Shown piece by piece: positions 18,823 through 27,345 of a stretch of DNA of 64,000 nt. A program made the position numbers and the translations under genes. The DNA lies in assembly GCA_963706195.1 (NCBI GenBank), contig OY970156.1:4187651-4251650 (forward strand), in the 5' to 3' direction. The first letter of the stretch is position 1; each line of letters begins with the position of its first letter. The notes beneath the pieces were generated by a model. It had not been told where the DNA came from. It did not search any database and saw nothing but the letters and a program-made list of their open reading frames with translations. Origin of the DNA: an uncultured Pseudomonadota bacterium (GTDB lineage: Bacteria; Pseudomonadota; Alphaproteobacteria; Acetobacterales; Acetobacteraceae).

Positions 18823-19788
18823 CTACCCACGCACCGCCCCGTTCACGAGCGCCGGTGTCCCTGTCGTGAACCCCTGGGACGCGGCCTGACCCGCTACCCC
18901 TCCCCCTCCGGCTCCCCCGCCGCCATCCCCGCCCGCAGCACCGCCAGCAGCCCGTCCAACTGATCCGAGATCCGCATACCGGATCCGCACGATCCCCCCC
19001 CGCCCCGACGGCAGCAGATCGACCCGCAGCCCGAGCTGTTCCGACAGCTCCCGCTCCAGCGCCTGCACATCCGGATCGAGCCGCGGCCGTCGCTTCGGCT
19101 CGACCAGCCCTGCCCCCAGCCGCATTGCCAACGCCTCGGTCTGCCGCACGGACAGCCCGCGTTCCAGCACCAGCGCCAGGATCGCCTCCGGCGCCCGGTG
19201 CGCGATCAGCGCCCGCGCGTGCCCGGCGGAGATGGACCCCGCCCGCAGCGCGGCGCGCACCCGCTCCGGCAGCCCCAGCAGGCGCATGGTGTTGCTGATG
19301 TGCCCGCGCGACTTGCCGACCGCGAGCGCGAGCGTGTCCTGCGTCAGCCCGAACTCGTCCAGCAGCCGGTTATAGCCTTCGGCCTCTTCGAGCGGATTGA
19401 GGTCGGCGCGCTGCAGGTTCTCCACCAGCGCCGCGGCCATCGCGTCGCCGTCGGCAAGCGGGCGCACCAGCGCCGGCACCTCGTGCAGCCCGGCCAGCGC
19501 CGCGGCCCGCCAGCGCCGTTCGCCGGCGATGATCTGGTAGCGCCCCGCGTCCGCCGGGTCGGGCCGCACCAGCAGCGGCTGGAGGATGCCGCGGGCGCGG
19601 ATCGAGTCCGCCAGTTCGTGCAGCGCGCCGGGATCCATCGCCCCGCGCGGCTGGAACGGCCCGGGTTCCAGCAGGTCGAGCGGCAGGTTCCGCACCCCTC
19701 CCGCCGCCGGGTCCGGGGCCAGCGCGGAATCGCCGAGCAGCGCCGCAAGTCCCCGCCCCAGCCGCTGCGCCGGCTCGCGCGGGCTCAT
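18823..19788 (-). CDS. parB: Chromosome partitioning protein ParB (one frameshift near the 3' end)
   Basis: [21 protein letters not shown] and the [22 protein letters not shown] are present. An extra base near 18965 diverts the frame. Removing it restores ...[19 protein letters not shown]... with a stop at 18894. Confidence 0.9.
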   Translation of the reverse strand: MSPREPAQRLGRGLAALLGDSALAPDPAAGGVRNLPLDLLEPGPFQPRGAMDPGALHELADSIRARGILQPLLVRPDPADAGRYQIIAGERRWRAAALAGLHEVPALVRPLADGDAMAAALVENLQRADLNPLEEAEGYNRLLDEFGLTQDTLALAVGKSRGHISNTMRLLGLPERVRAALRAGSISAGHARALIAHRAPEAILALVLERGLSVRQTEALAMRLGAGLVEPKRRPRLDPDVQALERELSEQLGLRVDLLPSGRGGIVRIRYADLGSVGRAAGGAAGGDGGGGAGGGGVAGQAASQGFTTGTPALVNGAVRG

Positions 19789-20609
19789 GCGCCGGCTCCC
19801 GCAGCGCGTTCGCGGCGCAGCAGTTCCGCCGCCAGCCGGACGTAGGCCTGTGCGCCGGGAGAGCGGAAGTCGTAGAGCAGGACGGGCTTGCCGTAACTCG
19901 GCGCCTCGGTGATGCGGATGTTGCGCGGGATGACGGTCTCGAACACCTTCGTGCCGAAGAAGCCGCGCGCGTCGGCGGCCACCTGGTCGGCCAGGTTGTT
20001 GCGCTTATCATACATGGTCAGCACGATCCCGGAGAGACGGAGCGAGGGGTTGTAGCCGCGCTGCACCGCCTCGATGGTGCGCATGAGGCCGGAGATGCCC
20101 TCCAGCGCGTAGAACTCGCATTGCAGCGGCACTAGCACCGCGGAGGCGGCAACCAGCGCGTTGACGGTGAGCAGCCCGAGGCTGGGCGGGCAGTCGATGA
20201 TCACGTAGTCGTAACGTGGCTGGCCCGCTCGCAGCGGTGCCAGCGCGTCGCGCAGCCGGGTCTGGCGCCGATCGAGCGCGACAAGCTCGATTTCCGCCCC
20301 CGCCAGGTCGGGTTCCGCCGGAATGACATCGAGATTGGGGATCCCGCTCGGCCGCACCGCATCCTCGGGGGGGGTATGCAGGATCAGCACGCAATAGCTG
20401 CCCAAGGTGCGCTGGTCTGCCCCGATGCCGAGCCCGGTGGAGGCGTTGCCCTGGGGATCGAGGTCGATCAGCAGCACGGTGCACCCGCTGGCGGCGAGCG
20501 CGGTGGCCAGGTTGACGGCGGTGGTGGTCTTGCCGACTCCGCCTTTCTGATTCGAAATCGCAATAATCTGCGTGGGTGCGGCGGCCGGGTCAGGGGCGGG
20601 CTGGGGCAC
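19785..20609 (-). CDS. parA: Chromosome partitioning ATPase ParA/Soj
   Basis: Deviant Walker A NQKGGVGKTTTAVNLA. There is a 4-nt overlap with parB. Confidence 0.95.
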   Translation of the reverse strand: MPQPAPDPAAAPTQIIAISNQKGGVGKTTTAVNLATALAASGCTVLLIDLDPQGNASTGLGIGADQRTLGSYCVLILHTPPEDAVRPSGIPNLDVIPAEPDLAGAEIELVALDRRQTRLRDALAPLRAGQPRYDYVIIDCPPSLGLLTVNALVAASAVLVPLQCEFYALEGISGLMRTIEAVQRGYNPSLRLSGIVLTMYDKRNNLADQVAADARGFFGTKVFETVIPRNIRITEAPSYGKPVLLYDFRSPGAQAYVRLAAELLRRERAAGAGA

Positions 20610-21192
20610 GTGCGATCTCTGTGATGCGGAGGATGACGGCTCCGGCGGCGGTGCGGCTCGGGATTTGCTCGACGTGCATGTGCCATCCTTCCCGGGCAGC
20701 GGTCAATTCCGCGGCGGCTCCGGCGCCTTTGGGGAACAGCGCAACCCCGCCGGGGGCGAGCAGCGGGGCGGCCAGTTCCAGCAGACGGGGCAGGGGTGCG
20801 AGGGCGCGGGCGGTGACCAGGGGGGCCAGGGGCAGGGCGGCGGCTTCGATCCGGACCGCGTGCACCTGGGCCGGAGCACCCAGGACCCGGGCGGCCTCGC
20901 GGAGGAACGCCGCCTTGCGCTGGTCCGCCTCGATCAGGTCGAACGGGATGCCGGTGGCGGCGGCAAGTACCAGCCCAGGGAACCCGGCGCCGGAGCCGAG
21001 GTCGATCCCCCGGGTGGTCCCCGCCGGAATCAGCGGCACCAGTTGCAGCGCATCCGCCAGGTGGCGGTCGGCCGCGTGGGCGATATCGCCGCGGCCGATC
21101 AGGTTGATGGTGCGGTTCCAGCGCTCCAGCAGCGCCAGATAGGGGGCGAATGCTTCACGTGAAGCATTGTTCGATATCGAAGAATGCTTCAC
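20590..21192 (-). CDS. rsmG: 16S rRNA m7G527 methyltransferase RsmG (GidB)
   Basis: ...YLALLERWNRTINL... and the SAM motif IDLGSGAGFPGLVLA are present. The proposed GTG start and first 14 codons lie inside a parS super-palindrome, so the start is uncertain. Confidence 0.85.
   Translation of the reverse strand: MKHSSISNNASREAFAPYLALLERWNRTINLIGRGDIAHAADRHLADALQLVPLIPAGTTRGIDLGSGAGFPGLVLAAATGIPFDLIEADQRKAAFLREAARVLGAPAQVHAVRIEAAALPLAPLVTARALAPLPRLLELAAPLLAPGGVALFPKGAGAAAELTAAREGWHMHVEQIPSRTAAGAVILRITEIARAPARP
21151..21166. promoter_or_regulatory. parS-like site 1
   Basis: TGCTTCACGTGAAGCA is a perfect 16-bp palindrome. It differs from canonical parS TGTTTCACGTGAAACA at the symmetric positions 3 and 14. 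Confidence 0.7.
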
Positions 21193-21200
21193 GTGAAGCG
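21185..21200. promoter_or_regulatory. parS-like site 2
   Basis: TGCTTCACGTGAAGCG (15 of 16 palindromic). Confidence 0.65.
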
Positions 21201-21291
21201 CTCCGGGATGGCCGCTGGCGGGATCGGCGCGCCCCGGTGGTTGGGGGCAAACGGCGGCGCGAGAAGTCTATCAGGGCCGCCGCGAATCGAC

Positions 21292-21307
21292 CGCTTCACG
21301 TGAAGCA
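21292..21307. promoter_or_regulatory. parS-like site 3
   Basis: CGCTTCACGTGAAGCA. Confidence 0.65.
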
Positions 21308-21325
21308 TTCTTCGATATCGAACAA

Positions 21326-21341
21326 TGCTTCACGTGAAGCG
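21326..21341. promoter_or_regulatory. parS-like site 4
   Basis: TGCTTCACGTGAAGCG. The mnmG stop codon TGA lies inside its CACGTGA core. Confidence 0.65.
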
Positions 21342-23199
21342 GTCCGCGACACCCCATCGGCGGAGGTGTGCGGCCAGGGTCGCCAGGGCCGCCGGGGTGA
21401 CCCCCTCCAGCCGGGATGCCGCCCCGAGGGAGGCGGGTCGGCTCTGGATCAACCGTGCCCGGACCTCCGCCGATAATCCGGGCACCTGCTCGAACGGGAC
21501 GGCGGCGAGGGACAGGTCCTCGGTCCGCCGGAAGGCTCGCATCTCGGCGATCTGGCGGGGGAGGTAGCCCTGGTATAGCGCTTCCGTTCGGAGGTGGGCG
21601 GCCACCCGTGGCGGGAGGTCCCGCAACCACGGGAAGGCGGCGGCCAGCGCCGCCTGGGGCACGGCGTCCGAGCCCAGCAGGTCCAGGACCGAGCGGCGGC
21701 GGCCGTCGGCCCGCACCTCGATTCCGCGTCGGGCCAGGTCGGTGGGCAGGCCGCCCTCGACGCCGGCGCGGTCCTTCGCGGCGGCGACGGCGGCGGCGTA
21801 GGCGCCGAAATGGCGCGCCCGCTCGGGGCCGACGCAGCCCCAGGCCAAGCCGATCGGGGTGAGACGGTGGTCGGCATTGTCCGCCCGCAAGGTCAGCCGG
21901 AACTCGGAGCGGGAGGTGAACATGCGGTAGGGCTCGGTCACCCCGCGCAGGGTCAGGTCGTCGATCAGGACGCCGATATAGGCCTCCGACCGGTCGAGAC
22001 CCACTGGAGACGTGCCGCCCGCGCGGCGGGCGGCATTGATGCCGGCGATCAGGCCCTGGGCGGCAGCTTCCTCGTAGCCGGTGGTGCCGTTGATCTGGCC
22101 GGCGAGGAACAGGCCGGGGACCGCGCGGACCTCCAGCGACCGCGTCAAGGCGCGGGGGTCTACATAATCGTACTCGACCGCGTAGCCGGGGCGGAGCATC
22201 TCGCGCCCGCTCCAGGCCCGGGATGGTGTGCAGCAGCGCGCGCTGGATATCCTCCGGTAAACTGGTTGAGATTCCGTTGGGATAGACGGTCGGATCGTCC
22301 AGACCCTCGGGTTCCAGGAAAATCTGGTGGCGGGCGCGGTCGGGGAAGCGCGTCACCTTGTCCTCGATGGAGGGGCAGTAGCGCGGGCCGCGACCGGAAA
22401 TCGCGCCGCCGTAAACTGCGGAGCGGTGCAGGTTGGCGCGGATCAGGGCGTGCGTCGCCTCGGTGGTGGCGGTCACCCGGCAGGCGATCTGGGGGGTCGC
22501 GATGCGCTCGGTCAGGGGGCTGAAGGGCTCGGGAGGGTCGTCGCCGCGGTCCTCGGGCAGGCTGTCCCAGGCGATGCTGGCGCGGTGCAGCCGGGGGGGG
22601 GTGCCGGTCTTCAGGCGGCCGAGCGGGAGGTTCAGGCGGGCCAGGGTGTGCGCCAGGCCGATCGATGGGGCCTCGCCGACCCGTCCGGCCGGGGTCTGGG
22701 TGGTGCCGATATGGACCATGCCGCGCAGGAAGGTGCCGGTGGTCAGGACCGCCGCGGCGCAGGGGTGGCGGGCGCCGTCGGCCGTGCGGACCGCGGCCAG
22801 GCTGCCATCCGGGGCGAGTTCCAGGTCTTCGACCGCGGCTTCGGCGATGGTGAGGTTCGGGGTCTCGGCCAGCAGGTCCTGGATGGCGGCGCGATACAGG
22901 GCGCGGTCGGCCTGGGCGCGCGGGCCGCGGACCGCGGGGCCCTTGCTGCGGTTCAGGAGCTTGAAATGGATCCCCGCCCGGTCGGCGGCGCGGGCCATCA
23001 GGCCGTCCAGCGCGTCGATCTCCCGCACCAGGTGGCCCTTGCCGATGCCGCCGATGGCGGGGTTGCAGGACATCTCCCCGATCGTGGCGCGGCGATGGGT
23101 GAGCAGGAGGGTGCGCGCGCCCATGCGGGCGGCAGCGGCGGCGGCCTCCGTGCCGGCGTGGCCGCCGCCGATGACGATGACGTCGTAGGGGAGGGGCAT
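21330..23199 (-). CDS. mnmG: tRNA uridine-5-carboxymethylaminomethyl synthesis enzyme MnmG (GidA), one frameshift
   Basis: FAD motif [14 protein letters not shown]. The N-terminal part is in one frame (about 22204-23199) and the C-terminal 289 aa in another (21330-22199). The junction is ...IPGLERA / [12 protein letters not shown] near 22203. Confidence 0.9.
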
Positions 23200-23279
23200 G
23201 GGGGTCTCTGTCCGCTGCGTGTGGGGGGAGCTATAGCAGAGGGCGAGGGGTCTCGCGCGGGCGGGGCAGATGCGGCAGA

Positions 23280-23781
23280 TTGGGTTTCATGAGGCTGGAC
23301 CTGACGCCTTTGGATCGTTCCATTGCACGCCTGGCGGAGGCGTTGGACATCTATGCGCGGGATCCGTCGCAGACATTGATCCGCGATGGATTGGTGCAGC
23401 GGTTCGAATTTACCTACGAAGTGGCGCACAAGATGCTGAAGCGGGCGCTGGAGACGACGTTCGCCTCGCCGGAGCAGTACGATCGGATGAGCTTTGCGGA
23501 TTTAATACGTTCGGGCAATGAGCAGGGATTTCTGCCGGGCGACTGGCCGCAGTGGCGCACGTATCGCGACATGCGGGCGCGGACAAGCCATTCTGATAAC
23601 GAATCAGTCGCGCTGGAGGTGGTGGGCGGGATCGGTGGCTTCCTGCGGGAGGCGGAGCACCTGCGCGACGCGCTGGCCGCGCGCGGACGAATCAGTCGCG
23701 CTGGAGGTGGTGGGCGGGATCGGTGGCTTCCTGCGGGAGGCGGAGCACCTGCGCGACACGCTGGCCGCGCGCGGGATATGA
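23280..23781 (+). pseudogene. HI0074-type HEPN (nucleotidyltransferase substrate-binding) toxin gene interrupted by an 88-bp tandem duplication
   Basis: GLVQRFEFTYEVAHKMLKRAL and the Rx4H motif RARTSH are present. The duplication shifts the frame, so as sequenced the ORF runs on in frame into the MNT gene (track ORF 23280-24095). Confidence 0.7.
23601..23776. repeat. Tandem duplication, 2 x 88 bp
   Basis: 23601-23688 and 23689-23776 are identical except for one internal substitution (g/a at repeat position 70) and the last two bases. Confidence 0.9.
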
Positions 23782-24095
23782 GTGCTGCGGGCACGCTGGA
23801 CGTACCGGCCGACGCGCTCGCGATCGTGCGCGCCATCCTGCGGGCGCATCTGCCCCCGGGGGCGCGCGTGTGGGCGTTCGGGTCACGCGCGGGCGGGCGG
23901 GCGAAGCCGTTTTCGGACCTCGATCTGGCGATCGACGCGGGGCGGGCGCTCGGGATCGACGCGCTGGCGGCGCTGGGGGAGGCGTTCTCCGAGAGCGATC
24001 TGGCGTGGAAGGTGGATGTGGTGGACTGGCGGACGGCGGAGGCCGGGTTCCGGGAACGGGTGGGGGCGGGGATGGTGCCGGTGGCGTGGGAATGA
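23778..24095 (+). CDS. Minimal nucleotidyltransferase (MNT, HI0073-like antitoxin)
   Basis: ATG 23778 sits in an ATGA overlap with the undisrupted HEPN stop. The motif is VWAFGSRAGGRAKPFSDLDLAID. Confidence 0.75.
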   Translation: MSAAGTLDVPADALAIVRAILRAHLPPGARVWAFGSRAGGRAKPFSDLDLAIDAGRALGIDALAALGEAFSESDLAWKVDVVDWRTAEAGFRERVGAGMVPVAWE

Positions 24096-24162
24096 GGCGG
24101 TGGGCGTTGCCGCGATAGGCGCCGCCGCGCCCGTGGGGTAATCTCGCGATCGGAGACCTGCC

Positions 24163-24471
24163 ATGATCCCGCTCCTCGACGCCCACCGCGCCGACATCGC
24201 CGCGCTTTGCCGGCGGTTCCACGTGCGGCGGCTCGATCTTTTCGGCTCCGCGGCGCGTGGGGACGATTTCGATCCGGCGCGGTCGGACGTGGACCTGCTG
24301 GTGACGTACCAGCCGGAGCACGCGCCCACGATCTGGGCGCATCTCGCGCTGCGCGACGCGCTCGCCGCCTTGCTGGGCCGGCCGGTTGATCTCCTCAAGG
24401 ACGGGGCGGTCGAAAACCCCTTTGTCCGGGCAGGGATCGAGCGCTCGCGGCAGCCGTACTATGCAGCATGA
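24163..24471 (+). CDS. Nucleotidyltransferase (MntA-like antitoxin)
   Basis: 102 aa with GGAGA upstream. The motif is LDLFGSAARGDDFDPARSDVDLLV. Confidence 0.8.
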   Translation: MIPLLDAHRADIAALCRRFHVRRLDLFGSAARGDDFDPARSDVDLLVTYQPEHAPTIWAHLALRDALAALLGRPVDLLKDGAVENPFVRAGIERSRQPYYAA

Positions 24472-24545
24472 TCCGCGGGCGTTTCTCTGGGACGTGCTGC
24501 GGGCGGTGGATGCGATTGTAGGCTTCGCGCACGGGCGCATGTCCG
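24461..24545 (+). pseudogene. 5' fragment of a DUF86/HepT HEPN toxin gene
   Basis: MQHDPRAFLWDVLRAVDAIVGFAHG is the usual HepT N-terminus, overlapping the MNT stop by 11 nt. Homology stops after about 28 codons, where the GC content visibly drops. No Rx4-6H motif is present. Confidence 0.55.
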
Positions 24546-24820
24546 ACTATCGTGCAGCCGTTCCAGAGGTCGCACCAACTCCACGGTTCAAGAATCTCAA
24601 ACCATCCGGCGGTGTGGGCCAAGCACTGGTAGTCTATGCCCGTGCTCAATCCCAACGACGATTGCCCTGCGGTATTCCGCAGCCAAATGGTGACCACGCC
24701 GGATAGAACGGCAGCCTCCAGTGACCAGCGACCGAGTGTGGGCCGCTCTGGGCGGCGGTAGCCAAGCGCGATGCCAACGACTACCCTAATGGTATCCGAC
24801 CTGCGCCGCTGGGGAAGAGT

Positions 24821-27307
24821 ATGCCGAAAACGCCGCGTAACCGCCCGAAAGCGAAGCCGTCCTCGCCCTTCCCGCCTGCTCCCGCCTCGCTCCATCGCGA
24901 GGGAAACTGGCTCTGGATACCGCTGCGGGAGGAATGGCGGGACGTTTCGGCGAAGCCTGAGGAGATCGTCCGGCAGGCATTTATCCGCCATCTCGTGGAC
25001 AATTACGGCTACATCCTGGCCCAGATGGATCAGGAGCGGCGCACAATGCACGGGCACAAGAGCCCGCGCGCCGATATCGTCATCTGGGAGACGCCGAATA
25101 AGAAGGCGAACAACCATACCCCGGTGCTCATCGTTGAATGCAAGGCCGAAGGCGTCGATATCAACATCAAGGACTATTATCAGGGCGAAAGCTACACGCG
25201 CGCAGTCGGCGGCGAGTTCTTCATCGCCCACAACACGCGCTTCACGGCTGTCTTCAAGCTTGTTCCGGGTCTGCCCGGCGATTTCGTCCAGATCAACGAA
25301 ATCGCCAGGGCGACCGACTGGGGCGACACCAAGCGGATTGAAGAGATCAAGAACAGACTCCGGGCGTTCAACCGCAAGGAGTTTCAGGACCTTCTCTTCA
25401 AGTGCCACTCGATCCTCCGCGACGTGCACAAAATGGAGCCCGGCCGGGCGTTTGATACGATCTCAAAAATACTGTTCGTCAAGATGTACGTCGAGCGTTC
25501 GGGCCTTCACGGTACCTTCACGGTGGACTTTCTCGATCGGCGTGCCTCCACGCGCATGCCGACCGATCCCCCCGTACATGACGGCCTCTTCGAGCAGACA
25601 AAGAACTACTATAAGACCGACGACCTCTTCACGGCGAACGACCGCCTTGAAATCTCCGAGGAGACGTTCCGCCGGCTGGTGAAGGAGCTGGAGCGGTTCG
25701 ACCTTTCGAAGACGGGGGACGACATCAAAGGCCTCGCGTTCGAGCGGTTCCTCGGAAGTACATTTCGTGGCGAACTCGGCCAGTTCTTTACGCCACGCCC
25801 GGTCGTGGATTTCATGGTTAGCCTTCTCGACCCCAAAGAGGGTGACCTCATCTGCGATCCGGCCGCCGGGTCAGGCGGATTCCTTATCCGCGCCTTCGAG
25901 CATGTGCGCGCCCAGATCGGCGCAGCGATTCAAGAAGAGAAGGACAAGGCCCGCGCCGAGATCGAAGCGCGGAGCTTGGACCCCGAAGAGGAAGAGCGCC
26001 AAGTGAACGCGGCCTTCGCCGCTTTCAACAAGGAGCTATTGCCCTCCGACCACGAAAATCGGCCCGTCGATACCCGCGTCGGACGGCTCGCCTGGAACTG
26101 CATCTTCGGCTGCGACGCCGAACCGCGCGCTGCCCGCACCGCCAAGATGAACATGATCATGCATGGCGACGGGCACGGTGGTATCCATTACCACGACGGC
26201 CTTGTCGACATTAACGGCATCTTCCCGGGTCGGTTCGATGTCGTCATCACCAACCCGCCATTCGGCTCCAACGTTGGCGACGACCAGAAGGTCGGCGGCA
26301 GCGATGAAACACGAGTCCTCAACGATCCTGCTTATCGTGCCCGCTGCGCGCAACGCTACGGCACGCCCTGGCAGGAGAGCCACGACCGGATGCTCGCCGC
26401 TGCGACGGCGAAGACCAACATTCTCGACCTCTTCGAGATCGGCAAAGGCAAGGCCAATCGTGCTACCGAAATCGTCTTCGTGGAGCGCTGCCTCGACCTG
26501 CTGAAGCCGGGCGGGCGCATCGGGATCGTGCTGCCGGACGGCAATCTCAACAATCCGTCGCTCACCTGGCTACGTCGCTGGTGCGAGGGGAAGGCCAAAC
26601 TTCTCGCCGTCGTCAGCCTGCCGGAAGAGACTTTCCGATCTGCCGACGCCACCGTGAAAGCATCGCTTGTCTTCCTGAAGCGGTTCACCAAGAAGGATCA
26701 GAAGGCGTGGGATGCGGCATGGACCGCCGCCTATGCCGCGCACGACGCCACCTTCGACGCCGAGCGCGACACGCTGTGTGCGACCTATGGCCCCAGGATC
26801 GTCTCCGGCGACGATAAGAAGGCCGCCGGCATTCTGACCAAACTGGCGGTGCTCGGCGTGAAGCGGATACCGCCGGCATGGCTTTCGGCCGATCCGCCAC
26901 CCTATCCCAAAAGCATCGGTGCGACGAAGCTGAGGCGCGTCGCGTGGCACGATGACGCCAAGGATCGGCCGAAGGTCGCGGCTTTGAAGAAGGCGTACAC
27001 AGCGGCGTTCACCGAGGCGGTGGGAAAGACCGCCGATTTGCTGACTCGCGAGTTGGCAGCTTCTCTTCGGGCGCTGGACGAGCGCCACAACGCGGCGCTG
27101 TGGGCGCATGTCCGCGAAGCATTCGATTACCCCGTCTTCGTCGCCGCGCCCAAATCGGTTGGCATCACCTCGACGGGTGAGACCGGGGAGAACGTGCCCA
27201 ACGACCTCCCCGATGTGCTGACCGCTTTCCGACATTTTCATTCCTGGGCGGCGACCGGGGCCAAGCCCAAGGACATCCCGGTTTTTCACCTGCCCTCCGC
27301 TGCCTGA
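24821..27307 (+). CDS. hsdM: N6-adenine DNA methyltransferase (type I HsdM-like) with N-terminal HsdR-N-type PD-(D/E)xK-like domain and long C-terminal extension
   Basis: 828 aa. The N-terminus has ADIVIW (D at 25073) ... LIVECK (ExK at 25136-25144). Motif I is DPAAGSGGF and motif IV is NPPF (26252-26263). Confidence 0.88.
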   Translation: MPKTPRNRPKAKPSSPFPPAPASLHREGNWLWIPLREEWRDVSAKPEEIVRQAFIRHLVDNYGYILAQMDQERRTMHGHKSPRADIVIWETPNKKANNHTPVLIVECKAEGVDINIKDYYQGESYTRAVGGEFFIAHNTRFTAVFKLVPGLPGDFVQINEIARATDWGDTKRIEEIKNRLRAFNRKEFQDLLFKCHSILRDVHKMEPGRAFDTISKILFVKMYVERSGLHGTFTVDFLDRRASTRMPTDPPVHDGLFEQTKNYYKTDDLFTANDRLEISEETFRRLVKELERFDLSKTGDDIKGLAFERFLGSTFRGELGQFFTPRPVVDFMVSLLDPKEGDLICDPAAGSGGFLIRAFEHVRAQIGAAIQEEKDKARAEIEARSLDPEEEERQVNAAFAAFNKELLPSDHENRPVDTRVGRLAWNCIFGCDAEPRAARTAKMNMIMHGDGHGGIHYHDGLVDINGIFPGRFDVVITNPPFGSNVGDDQKVGGSDETRVLNDPAYRARCAQRYGTPWQESHDRMLAAATAKTNILDLFEIGKGKANRATEIVFVERCLDLLKPGGRIGIVLPDGNLNNPSLTWLRRWCEGKAKLLAVVSLPEETFRSADATVKASLVFLKRFTKKDQKAWDAAWTAAYAAHDATFDAERDTLCATYGPRIVSGDDKKAAGILTKLAVLGVKRIPPAWLSADPPPYPKSIGATKLRRVAWHDDAKDRPKVAALKKAYTAAFTEAVGKTADLLTRELAASLRALDERHNAALWAHVREAFDYPVFVAAPKSVGITSTGETGENVPNDLPDVLTAFRHFHSWAATGAKPKDIPVFHLPSAA

Positions 27308-27345
27308 TCCGTCAGTGGAGGGCTCTTGAGCCCTGGATCGAAACT

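Noticed and set aside
21201-21291. Replication origin (DnaA boxes) between the two parS units
   Set aside because: I found no TTATCCACA-like boxes or AT-rich unwinding element there. The stretch is GC-rich, and no dnaA is in the window.
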